Assembly: GCA_963745835.1 (NCBI GenBank)
Contig: CAVUZH010000003.1
Span: 832,001-896,000, forward strand
Direction: 5' to 3'
Source: an uncultured delta proteobacterium
Lineage (GTDB): Bacteria > Desulfobacterota > Binatia > UBA9968
Length of the DNA stretch: 64,000 bases
This document shows, one piece after another, positions 12,774 to 22,353 of the stretch (within the stretch, counting starts at the first letter, position 1; each line of letters opens with the position of its first letter). The translations under genes and the position numbers were made by a program. Below the pieces are notes generated by a model. That model searched no databases and was not told the DNA's origin. It saw only the letters and a program-made list of their open reading frames with translations.

Positions 12774-13637
12774 AAGGAATTGTCTTGGCTGGAGGCAACG
12801 GAACCCGACTTCATCCGGTGACCCTGGCGGTGAATAAGCAGCTCCTTCCCGTGTATAACAAGCCGATGATTTACTATCCGCTTTCCACCCTGATGTTAGC
12901 GGGAATCCGGGACATTCTGATGATTATTAATCCGCAAGATCGGGATCCGTATTACCGTCTGTTGGGCGATGGTAACGCGCTGGGGGTTAAACATTCGTTA
13001 TGCTGTCCAGGAGAAGCCTACGGGTCTGCCGGAAGCCTTTATCATTGGGGAGGAATTCATCGGTGGTGGTCAGGTTTGTCTTATCCTGGGTGATAACATC
13101 TTCTACAGCGAAGGCTTAATTGGTCTCTTGGAACGATGCGCGCAGCTTGAAACAGGAGCATTGATATTCGGCTACTCCGTCCGGGATCCGGAGCGATATG
13201 GCGTCCTGGCTTTTGATGATCGGGGAGCAGTAGTTGATATCGAAGAAAAACCCAAGGCACCGAAGTCGAGATATGCCGTTCCAGGAATCTATTTTTACGA
13301 TAATCAGGTCGTGCAAATCGCCAAAAATGTTAAGCCGTCTGCTAGAGGCGAGAGCGAGATTACTGACGTGAACAAGGCTTATCTCCGGAAGGGCCAACTT
13401 CGGGTGGAAATCTTGGGACGAGGTACCGCTTGGCTGGACACCGGCACGTATGAATCACTCGTTCAAGCATCCGATTTTATAGAAACCATAGAGCTTCGCC
13501 AGGGTTTGAAAATCGGTTGCCCGGAAGAGATTGCACTAAGAAAAGGATTCATTGACAGGACTCAGTTTAAGAGCCTTGCCGAAGACTTATCAAAGACCGA
13601 CTACGGGAAATATCTTTTCGATGTGGTCGAGTCATAA
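12770..13637 (+). CDS. rfbA: Glucose-1-phosphate thymidylyltransferase, frameshift near 12985
   Basis: [50 protein letters not shown]; ATGA overlap with rfbB. Confidence 0.95.
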
Positions 13638-13654
13638 CTCGGAACGGATGAACA

Positions 13655-14428
13655 GTGTCTTCAAGCGAAAGACTGCATCGTTATCATGACGCAAAATATG
13701 GCGCCGAAGCGGTCGCGCCGTTAGATCGAGTCGTAGAATATCAATCCTCTCCCGCCAATCGCTTCGAGGCTTGCTTAAAATACTTTCCAACCCGTTTCCG
13801 TGGCGGCGATATTCTGGAGCTCGGCGCCGGTAACGGATTGCTCGCTCGAAGCCTGATCGCCCAGGGGCTTCGTTTCGATACCTACACCCTGGGAGAGATC
13901 GCGGAAAGCCGCCTGAAGGGGATGGCGCAAAGCTTTGACGATCCCCGTATACGCGTAATCAGGCTCGACGCCGAAGCTTTGCCCGAAGACGATTTTAACC
14001 GCTATGATGCCGTGATCATGCTGGCGCTGATCGCCCAGCTGATCGATCCCATCGGTGCGATGCAACAGGTTCACAGGCGGTTAAAACCGGGAGGGTTTGT
14101 TTTTTTAGAAACGCCGAACGCGGCAAAGTTCACCCGACGAGCGAAATTGCTGCTCGGACGATTCCCGGCCATCGCATCCCGGAATGAAGGCCTCACCACG
14201 TACGATGGCCACCCTGTCGATCTCCTCGACGAGGGCCACTTACACTATTTTACTTTTCGCTCATTGTCGCGAATGCTTCTCGAGAGATGCGGCTTTTCAC
14301 GGGTGGAGAAACTCGGATATTTTGTCGGACGGAACGGTCAAAGTATGTTCGGCCACAAAATCGGCGATGGCTTGGTCCGTCTCTGGCCGGAATTATTTTC
14401 GGAGATAGTTGTCGTTGCATATGCTTGA
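13655..14428 (+). CDS. Class I SAM-dependent methyltransferase
   Basis: ILELGAGNG, LKPGGFVFLETPN, HLHYFT. Confidence 0.85.
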   Translation: MSSSERLHRYHDAKYGAEAVAPLDRVVEYQSSPANRFEACLKYFPTRFRGGDILELGAGNGLLARSLIAQGLRFDTYTLGEIAESRLKGMAQSFDDPRIRVIRLDAEALPEDDFNRYDAVIMLALIAQLIDPIGAMQQVHRRLKPGGFVFLETPNAAKFTRRAKLLLGRFPAIASRNEGLTTYDGHPVDLLDEGHLHYFTFRSLSRMLLERCGFSRVEKLGYFVGRNGQSMFGHKIGDGLVRLWPELFSEIVVVAYA

Positions 14429-14510
14429 CAGATTTGCGGACTGGCTCAGAAGGAAAACAGCCGTTGATGGATAACACTTCCGAGCTAGATAAGCATGAAA
14501 GTCGGAGTCA

Positions 14511-15757
14511 ATGACGAGGGCCGATCCATTTGACTCCGAATTAAATTTACAAAGCGACGACCGATCCGGGCGGCGTTCGTGACGAATATATGTCCCCATT
14601 ACAGGGTTAAAACGTTCGAGCTGATTAGCCAAAAAGCTGTCCGTAGAATTTTTCTTTTACTCTGCAGGCAACGAATGGTACTGGCAGCAAACCATGGAGT
14701 GAGGGTAGGAAATTTTCGCCATCATTATCTTCCCGGGTTTCAATAACTCAAAACACGCGCGTGGTGCTTCGCTGGTACCAAACGTTATGGCGAGGAAGTT
14801 ACGATGTATACATTAAGTGCATCAACGGCCGTTTTGCATCTGCCGGTCACGTACGTAATCGGCCGGCTGGCCGGAAGCCGTTCATATTGTGGACAGGGAT
14901 TTGGATGTCATTAGATACACCGTTTCATCGTCTCGTATTTCCTCTGACCCGGTGGATCTATCGCCATGCGGACGCGATTGTCGTGTACGGCGAGCATGTT
15001 AAGCGCTACTTGATTAGTCTCAATGTCGCCCCGGAAAAGATTTTTGTCGCCGCCCATGCAGTGGACAACTCACAGTACAACAGAAAAATTGACGAGGCAG
15101 AAAAGGCAGCGCTTAGGGAAAGACTGGGCGTAGGCGATCACAAAATAGTGCTCTATCTCGGGCGTCTGGAAGAAGAGAAGGGCGTGGAATATCTAATCAA
15201 TGCTTTCGCTCTGGTGAAGGCCGACAATGTAGTGCTGTTGATTGTGGGTGACGGGTCAATGCGGCAGCGCCTGAAGGAATTGGTCCAGGAGCAAGGAATT
15301 GCGGAAAGGACGCGATTCGTCGGTTATGTATCACCGGAAGAAGCGATCTAACTTATTATGCTACTGCTGATTTGTTGGTGTTGCCGTCGGTAACGATGCC
15401 GAAGTGGAAAAGAACCATGGGGACTAGTGGTCAACGAGGCGATGAATCAAGGAGTGCCGGTGGTTGCGACAGATGCAGTGGGCGCGGCGGCTGGCGGACT
15501 CGTGCAGGCCGGTGTAAACGGCTTAATCGTTGCCGGAGCGAGATCCCAATGAGTTAGCCGAGGCGATGGCGCGTATTATTACTGATGCTAAATTGCGTGA
15601 GCATCTGAGCGCCAATGCGAGACGGATTGTCGCCGGATGGGACAACGAGCGAATGGTCAAGGGTTTCCGGGAAGCAATTGACTATGCAATGGGCCGGAGT
15701 CACTGCCGGAAGCATCGGATGCCAAACGTTCCCTCCAAAGCATCACTCCCGGAGTAA
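14511..15757 (+). CDS. GT4 glycosyltransferase, multiply frameshifted (start approximate)
   Basis: AFVTNICPHYRVKTF near 14575, LYLGRLEEEKG, VLPS..EPWGLVVNEAM..GVPVVATDAVG across frames. Confidence 0.8.
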
Positions 15758-15839
15758 TCAGTTCCGACGCCCATAATGGCGCAAATATAAACGACTGGTA
15801 AATAAAAGGGCGCCGAATGGTCAAGCTCGAGCGGCCCCA

Positions 15840-16868
15840 ATGAAATCTGGCATCTCCATCGTGTTTCCTTCGATGACTCGTCCCAAAAGGGCTAAATTCA
15901 TCAGGCTGGCGTTGTGTGTCATCGTCAGCGCGGTTTGCCTTTATTTAGCCGCCCGCGGTATCGATTTTGACCGGACGCTGGAGGAACTTAAAAAGAGTTC
16001 GCCTGCGCCAGTTGCGGGCGCAGTTTTCTTTTTGTTCATTTCGTATTGGATCCGTGCTTACCGCTGGCACTACTTGCTTTTGCCAATTAAGAAGATTTCG
16101 GTGTACCCGCTATTTCGCTCCACCCTGATCGGCTTTATGGGAAACTACCTGCTTCCTTTTCGCGCCGGGGAAGTTATGCGTGCCGTATCCGTCGGCCAAA
16201 CACAAAACATCAGTAAGGCGGGTGCCCTTGGCTCGATAGTTCTGGAAAGAGGCCTCGATGGGCTCGTGATCTCATTGACTCCATTGGTAGTGTTGGTGGC
16301 GATCGATCTTCCTAATTGGGTAGTGCAAATCAACCTGGCTTTCTTGGCGCTTTATGGGGTGGGCTTGGCGGCGCTGGCGATCGCGACGCAGCGCGGCTGG
16401 ACCGAAGGCTGGATAACCTGGACAGCAGGGCGCTTGCCGGTACGGTTGAGCCGGGCCGTCAAATCCATTTCGACGGAATTTCTCCAAGGTATGAAAGGCA
16501 TCAACCATCACGGCGCGCTGTTGCCGGTGATCCTGCTGTCGTTTGCATGCTGGTTTTTTCACGGCTTGTATTTCTTTCTGATCTTCTCCGCGCTCCATAT
16601 TGAACTGTCGCTTTCGGCGGCGCTCGTATTGCAAACGATCATTGGTATCGGCGTGATTCTGCCGGCGGCGCCAGGTTATGTCGGCAATTTCGAATACTTT
16701 ACAGTCCTCGCCCTAGGGCTGTTCGGCGTCTCTCAAGAAGTCGCTTTTGCCTATGCGCTGCTCGCTCATATCTGTCAGATTATTCCCGTAACAGCCGTGG
16801 GACTATTTTTCGCGATTCGAAGCGGATTTCAGAGTCAAGTGGAAGCAGCGCGCACGCAAGCGGGTTAA
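15840..16868 (+). CDS. Lysylphosphatidylglycerol-synthase TM domain / UPF0104 flippase-like membrane protein
   Basis: RAYRW..LL, GFMGNYLLPFRAGEVMR, ERGLD, PAAPGYVGNFE; polytopic. Confidence 0.9.
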   Translation: MKSGISIVFPSMTRPKRAKFIRLALCVIVSAVCLYLAARGIDFDRTLEELKKSSPAPVAGAVFFLFISYWIRAYRWHYLLLPIKKISVYPLFRSTLIGFMGNYLLPFRAGEVMRAVSVGQTQNISKAGALGSIVLERGLDGLVISLTPLVVLVAIDLPNWVVQINLAFLALYGVGLAALAIATQRGWTEGWITWTAGRLPVRLSRAVKSISTEFLQGMKGINHHGALLPVILLSFACWFFHGLYFFLIFSALHIELSLSAALVLQTIIGIGVILPAAPGYVGNFEYFTVLALGLFGVSQEVAFAYALLAHICQIIPVTAVGLFFAIRSGFQSQVEAARTQAG

Positions 16869-17029
16869 AGCTGGGCATGCGCATCCTAAATTGCTGTCGG
16901 AGCTACCGCGGGAATGCAACCCGTAGTAGTTATTAGCGCGTGCCGACGAGCCGCTGGCGGAAGCTGGTACTTGTCTCATGTGCCCGAATTGCAGTAACGC
17001 CAAAACCAACAGGACATTATAGCCTGAAA

Positions 17030-17067
17030 AAAGTGGGTAACAAATCACAAAGTGGGTAATAAATCAC
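17030..17067 (+). repeat. Tandem 19-bp direct repeat, putative activator-binding site
   Basis: aaagtgggtaacaaatcac (17030-17048) is followed immediately by aaagtgggtaataaatcac (17049-17067), one mismatch. Confidence 0.85.
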
Positions 17068-17092
17068 TTTGTTTACAGGTACTTGCCCGAAA

Positions 17093-17105
17093 AATCAAGA
17101 ATTTC
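17093..17105 (+). promoter_or_regulatory. IHF-like binding site
   Basis: AATCAA-GAAT-TTC versus consensus WATCAANNNNTTR (1 mismatch), lying between the repeat and the -24/-12 element. Confidence 0.45.
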
Positions 17106-17122
17106 GTAATCGCCGGTTATCG

Positions 17123-17138
17123 CGGCATCGAAGTTGCG
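17123..17138 (+). promoter_or_regulatory. Putative sigma54 -24/-12 promoter
   Basis: CGGCAT-CGAAG-TTGCG with GG at 17124-25 and GC at 17136-37 (GG-N10-GC), in a 510-bp intergenic gap. Confidence 0.6.
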
Positions 17139-17379
17139 CATATCGAAGTTTCGCATGATGAGCTGAAGTTACTACCTGCAGCGCGGCTTCACCTTCACCT
17201 GCCCAGTAATAATCCTATGCACAGAGCTAGCGGAGCTATGTTTACTTCCTAGACTCTCCAGTTTGTCTCGAACGCCGTAAGAACCATGTGAAGAGAACGA
17301 CCTTTTTCATCTCCTAGTTCAATGCATTATCGGCTCCCTCACAACCAGAAGTTTGCGCCTGCAGACATATCAGTGACCT

Positions 17380-18433
17380 ATGTCGACTGAAGAGATCCAG
17401 CCAACAATCTCCGTTGTGGTTCCCGCATTCAATGCCGCTGAGTACCTGAAGCGCTGCCTGGAGGCGGTTTTTTCTTCAAATGATCTTTTCTATGAATGTA
17501 TTGTTGTCGATGACGGTTCGACCGACGAATCTACGTCTATAGCGCAGCAAGCCGGAGCGCGTGTGCTGCATGTCGCCGATGGTCCGTTGGGTCCTGCCCA
17601 TGCCCGCAATCGAGGAGTGCAAGCCGCAAGAGGCTCGATTGTCTTTTTTGTTGATGCAGATGTCGTGCTCGCGCCGGGAGCGCTTTGGCGTGTGGTTAAG
17701 TTATTTCAGCAGCAACCCGACCTGGCGGCCGTCTTCGGATCCTACGACGCTCGGCCCGCGGCTCCCGGCGTGGTTTCACAGTACAAAAATCTGCTACACC
17801 ATTTCGTTCACCAGAATGGCAACAGCGTAGCCTCAACCTTCTGGGCAGGTTGTGGGGCCATCCGCCGGTCCGTTTTTGAGGAAATTGGTGGTTTCGACGA
17901 AAAGCGGTTTTCGCGTCCCTCGATCGAAGATATTGAACTCGGGATATCGCCTACGAAATGCGGGCTATCGAATCATGCTGGACAAAGGCCTTCAAGGTAC
18001 TCACTTGAAGCACTGGAGCTTCTGCTCGATGGTCCGAACCGACATTGTTTACCGGGCCATTCCCTGGTCGCGCCTCATTGTAGAAACCAAAGAAGCTCCC
18101 AACGACCTCAATCTGAAACTCGGCCAGAGAGTGAGCTTTATGTTGGCCGCGCTCGCGTGCGCTTTCCTGGGCCTTGCTGTAATACGCCTGGAATGGCTTG
18201 CCGTATCGACTGCCGCCTTTGTTGGTGTCATCGCCTTCAACCGGAAGCTTTACGAGTTTTTCTTTAGACAGCATGGATTTTTCTTTTCCGCAGCCTGCAT
18301 TTTGCTTCACTTCCTCTACTATCTTTATAGCGGGCTCAGCTATGTCTATGTTCGGACTGAAAATCAGCTGAGGAGACGAGCGCTGATCCGGCCGGTTGCT
18401 GTAAATAGGCCGCCGATTGATCTTCAGCGTTAG
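17380..18433 (+). CDS. GT2 glycosyltransferase with C-terminal membrane helices, frameshift near 17940
   Basis: ISVVVPAFN, VVDDGSTD, ARNRG, FVDAD, GGFDE, SIEDIELG/YRL; hydrophobic tail. Confidence 0.9.
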
Positions 18434-18492
18434 ATGGTAAAAAGCTACGGCGCAATGCAGCTCAGGCTAGAGACGGATTCCAAAATCGTGAG

Positions 18493-19767
18493 ATGATGAA
18501 TTCGCACAGGTTTATCCCATTATATCTTTTTTTCTTTGCTCTCATTATCAGGGTAGTTTTTCTCACAGCAACCTACCATGATAAAGACGATGTTAAGTAT
18601 ATGGAAGATGTTGAGATAGCTATCAATGTTGTAGAAGGGAAGGGCTATGTTTACAATTTCTCACTGCTGAATGCGAATGTTCCGTTAAGACCCACGGCTT
18701 TGAAACCACCTGTGTATCCTGTCTTGGTTTCTCTTGTATTCTTTGCTTTCGGCATGAAAAATTTTTTTGCACTGTTCTTGATACATGCCTTGTTAGCTGC
18801 CATTACCTGTGTGCTCTTGTACCTGGCTGTAGCCAAAGTCTCGCATTATAGAGCGGCTATCGCCGGCCTGGTATTCGCTCTTTATCCGCCCTTTATCTAC
18901 CATTCAGTAACGGTTCCAGAATCGACTACTGCAACATTGTTTTTAATTTCTTTGTTTTGCTATGCATTAGTAAAAATACACGACCGTTTCGATCAAAAGA
19001 AATGGATCGTGGTATCTATCATAGGTGGCCTATTGGCCATGACCGAGCCCGTGACAGTCCCATTTATGTTCCTCGCGCTTCTCTACGTTGCTTACCTCAC
19101 TTTGGGTAGTTTGAAAAAAGTGTCCCTCGAAATGGTCACTGCCGTAGTTGTCTTTGCAGCCACTATCGCTCCATGGACCGTTCGTAATTACCTGACATTC
19201 AAGCAATTTGTTTTTATTAAATCCAACTTTGGATCGACTTTGGCGATGTCAGGTATCCGGCTACCGCAGGAAACAAAGTTGTCTCTGGCGAAGGAAGTAC
19301 AAGGAATGGACGAAGTTAATGAGGATAAGGCGATCAAAAAGGCCGTATTGTCTTGGATCCTTGAAAATCCGGTCATGTATTTACGGCGTTTGCCCGACAA
19401 TTTTAGAAGTTTTTGGTGGGAAACTGGCCGTTATACAGATGACCGCTCGACGACATACTTCTTTGGGAGAAAAGTCCCTTATATTCTCTTGCTCATTTTT
19501 AGTATCCCAGCGATGTTCTGGAACTTAGTTCAGCTAGGCACAGATGCCAAAGCTCGAAGTCATATGCACATTTATCACGGTGTCATGTTCATTTTGATAT
19601 TCACATACACCGCGATCTACACATTGGTTGGAGCAGTGAATTTGCGATATCATTTTCCCGTCGAGTTCGGAATGTTCATCTTCTGCGCTGACGCAATACT
19701 TTACATCGCCAACAAAGTGCAGTTGCCATTCAATAACTGCTTGCGTTGCTTGAAAACAAGTCTTTAA
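18493..19767 (+). CDS. ArnT/PMT-like (GT-C) membrane glycosyltransferase
   Basis: IAINVVEGKGY, TALKPPVYP, PWTVRNY..F..FVFIKSNFG, LRYHFP; polytopic and AT-rich. Confidence 0.8.
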   Translation: MMNSHRFIPLYLFFFALIIRVVFLTATYHDKDDVKYMEDVEIAINVVEGKGYVYNFSLLNANVPLRPTALKPPVYPVLVSLVFFAFGMKNFFALFLIHALLAAITCVLLYLAVAKVSHYRAAIAGLVFALYPPFIYHSVTVPESTTATLFLISLFCYALVKIHDRFDQKKWIVVSIIGGLLAMTEPVTVPFMFLALLYVAYLTLGSLKKVSLEMVTAVVVFAATIAPWTVRNYLTFKQFVFIKSNFGSTLAMSGIRLPQETKLSLAKEVQGMDEVNEDKAIKKAVLSWILENPVMYLRRLPDNFRSFWWETGRYTDDRSTTYFFGRKVPYILLLIFSIPAMFWNLVQLGTDAKARSHMHIYHGVMFILIFTYTAIYTLVGAVNLRYHFPVEFGMFIFCADAILYIANKVQLPFNNCLRCLKTSL

Positions 19768-20061
19768 TCTCCAGAGATTGTGTGCCACTGGAGAGCCATC
19801 CCCATTCATTATTATTCCCGAGGCACGCACCACGTGGACAAGCGTTAATTAGAACAAAACCTATAGTCGGATTCTCGGCGTCGGATTCTCAATTGTTTCC
19901 TAGTCTCTTTCCGCCCGTTCTGCTCGCGCTACTCTGACAGTCACTTGCGGCTTCGCCGCCTCAACTCGCTGAGAGAAAGCTGAAAGCATTTTAGCGCTGC
20001 GGCGGTGTAAGCCGGAGCTCTCTCGCGTCATATCGGATTTTCCCAACCTTTAGGGCAGGTC

Positions 20062-21855
20062 ATGGATCAAGAACAAACTTCCGGAAGGCAGGTTATCGTC
20101 ATCGGTGCCGGACCGGCCGGTTTGACGGCCGCTTATGAACTCGCGAAGCTCGACGACAATCCCATCGTCATCGAAAAGGGCGACAAAGTTGGTGGCATTG
20201 CTCGCACGGAGGACTACAAAGGTTACTACTTCGACATGGGGGGGCATCGTTTCTTCACCAAGGTCGAAGAGGTCAATCGTAAATGGCGCGAAGTATTAGG
20301 GGATAAGTTTCTTCGCAGGCCTCGATTGTCGAGGATCTATTACAATCGCAAGTTCTTCGACTATCCGCTTAAGCCAATGAATGCTTTGTTGGGACTGGGA
20401 TTGCGGCAAAGTATTCTTATCGCGCTGAGTTATATGAGATGGCGCCTGCGCCCATATCCGGAAGAGGAGACCTTCGAGCAATGGGTGACGAACCGCTTCG
20501 GTCGCCGTCTTTTCAGAATATTCTTCAAAGCTTATACCGAGAAGGTCTGGGGTATTTCATGCAGCGAGCTGAAAGCAGAATGGGCGGCGCAACGGATCAA
20601 AGATCTGTCGCTGAAGACTTTATTGCTCAGCATGATTGTAAAACCGAAGAGAACTATCACGACACTGATCGACCAGTTTGACTATCCGCAGCGCGGGCCG
20701 GGAATGATGTGGAATGCTTTTAAGGGCGAGGTGGAAAAGCGGGGTGGGTCCATACGGCTCAACAGCGAAGTGGTGGCTATTCATAACGGTGGCGGCAAGT
20801 ACATCCACAGCGTCGAGGTTGCGTGTAATGGACAGAAGGAAGTTATTCACGGTACAGACTTCATCTCCAGCATGCCGGTTACCGAATTTATCAAAAAACT
20901 TAATCCGCCCGCGCCACCGGAGGTCTTGCTCGCCGCTGAAAAGCTTCGATATCGCGACTTCATGACCGTTTGCCTAATTGTCAACCAAGCCGACCTTTTT
21001 CCCGACAATTGGATCTATGTCCACGATCCCGCCGTGAAGGTGGGCAGAATTCAGAATTTCAAGAACTGGAGTCCGCACATGGTTCCGGATGCGGCCAAAA
21101 CCAGTCTCGGCCTGGAATACTTCTGTAACGAAGGGGACGAGCTGTGGAACATGGCAGACGCGGATCTTATCGAACTCGGCAAACGGGAGCTCGAGCACAT
21201 CGGGCTGGGGTCCGCTGCCGATATTGATGACGGCTGTGTCTTTCGCGTCCCAAAAGCCTATCCGATCTATGATTCTGAGTATCGCGATTATCTGGCGGTC
21301 GTCAAAGATTACGTCGGTAGCCTGCAGAATTACCAGACGATCGGCCGCAATGGTCTCCATCGTTACAACAATCAGGATCATGCGATGATGACGGGGATAT
21401 TGGCGGTCAGAAATTTAGTTTCGACAGAACGCAATGATCTATGGAGCGTCAACACTGATCAGGAATACCATGAAGAACTGCAACTCCAGCCTGACATTCC
21501 GCTCGAGGGTGTTAAAGAAGCGTTTGCACGCGCCTTTGCAAAGCTCGACCGTGTTGCCTTGGGGCTCTCGATGGGCACCGTCGCCGGTATGTTGCTGTTC
21601 CTGGCGACACTGGTTATCGTGTTAAAAGGCGGTCCCGTCGTAGGGCCGACGCTCGGACTATTAGACCAGTATTTTCCCGGTTACACTGTCACGTTCAGCG
21701 GCAGCATTGTAGGGTTCGTCTATGCATTCGTGAGCGGCTTCACTGTCGGTTGGGGATTTGCCATGCTTAGAAACATTATAGTATTTCTCTATACGGCGCT
21801 GATTCAGCGTCGCGCTGAGCGTTTACTGCTTCGCAATTTCCTGGAATACGTTTAG
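20062..21855 (+). CDS. FAD-dependent oxidoreductase/mutase-like flavoprotein with fused C-terminal membrane domain
   Basis: IGAGPAGLTAA, GGIART, DMGGHRFF, PDNWIYVH, AYPIY, GRNGLHRYNNQDH; then about 110 aa of hydrophobic, Gly-rich domain. Confidence 0.85.
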   Translation: MDQEQTSGRQVIVIGAGPAGLTAAYELAKLDDNPIVIEKGDKVGGIARTEDYKGYYFDMGGHRFFTKVEEVNRKWREVLGDKFLRRPRLSRIYYNRKFFDYPLKPMNALLGLGLRQSILIALSYMRWRLRPYPEEETFEQWVTNRFGRRLFRIFFKAYTEKVWGISCSELKAEWAAQRIKDLSLKTLLLSMIVKPKRTITTLIDQFDYPQRGPGMMWNAFKGEVEKRGGSIRLNSEVVAIHNGGGKYIHSVEVACNGQKEVIHGTDFISSMPVTEFIKKLNPPAPPEVLLAAEKLRYRDFMTVCLIVNQADLFPDNWIYVHDPAVKVGRIQNFKNWSPHMVPDAAKTSLGLEYFCNEGDELWNMADADLIELGKRELEHIGLGSAADIDDGCVFRVPKAYPIYDSEYRDYLAVVKDYVGSLQNYQTIGRNGLHRYNNQDHAMMTGILAVRNLVSTERNDLWSVNTDQEYHEELQLQPDIPLEGVKEAFARAFAKLDRVALGLSMGTVAGMLLFLATLVIVLKGGPVVGPTLGLLDQYFPGYTVTFSGSIVGFVYAFVSGFTVGWGFAMLRNIIVFLYTALIQRRAERLLLRNFLEYV

Positions 21856-21920
21856 TTCAAACTAGTTAAGTCTAAATTGATCTTGATCGTGCGTGATCAA
21901 CCATCTATTACACGACCCAT

Positions 21921-22247
21921 ATGAAAAACGAAAAGGCGCTTGAGAACGTCGTCCTGACCCGGGTAATGCGGCTTAACGCTAACATTAACGGTTTAGTCGC
22001 CGGGATAATGGTCGGGCTTGGTATTTTCGTTGCGACTAACTGGCTGGTTCTGAAGGGCGGCGACGTCGTTGGACCGCATCTTGGATTGTTAGGTCAGTTT
22101 TTTATCGGTTATGAAGTCAGTTTTGGTGGCAGCCTGATTGGTTTCGCGTACGGCTTTGCAACTGGTTTTTCGGTAGGGTATCTAATAGCAAGGATTTACA
22201 ATTGGGTCGTCGATGTCCGGGAGAATAAGCGTCACTCTACCGTTTAG
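21921..22247 (+). CDS. Small membrane protein, paralog of the C-terminal domain of the upstream flavoprotein
   Basis: LKGGDVVGPHLGLLGQFFIGYEVSFGGSLIGFAYGF aligns without gaps to LKGGPVVGPTLGLLDQYFPGYTVTFSGSIVGFVYAF. Confidence 0.85.
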   Translation: MKNEKALENVVLTRVMRLNANINGLVAGIMVGLGIFVATNWLVLKGGDVVGPHLGLLGQFFIGYEVSFGGSLIGFAYGFATGFSVGYLIARIYNWVVDVRENKRHSTV

Positions 22248-22353
22248 CATCGACTCTGCGAATAGTGCTAAGCGACTTGTGCCGACACCTTACGCGGGCG
22301 GACGAAGCGTACTCGTATTCTCCCCATAACGTTCTTTCCGGCACTGATCTCCA

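Noticed and set aside
17030-17067. Mini-CRISPR array or iteron
   Set aside because: Only two abutting 19-bp units with no spacer, and no cas or rep gene nearby.
19768-20061. Riboswitch suggested by GCTGAGAG in the intergenic region
   Set aside because: The other conserved TPP-riboswitch elements were not found, and the context is unrelated.
20062-21855. Protoporphyrinogen oxidase (hemY) or canonical bacterial glf
   Set aside because: No heme-pathway context, and the GGHRFF/NNQDH motifs plus the membrane fusion do not match either canonical protein, so no gene symbol was assigned.
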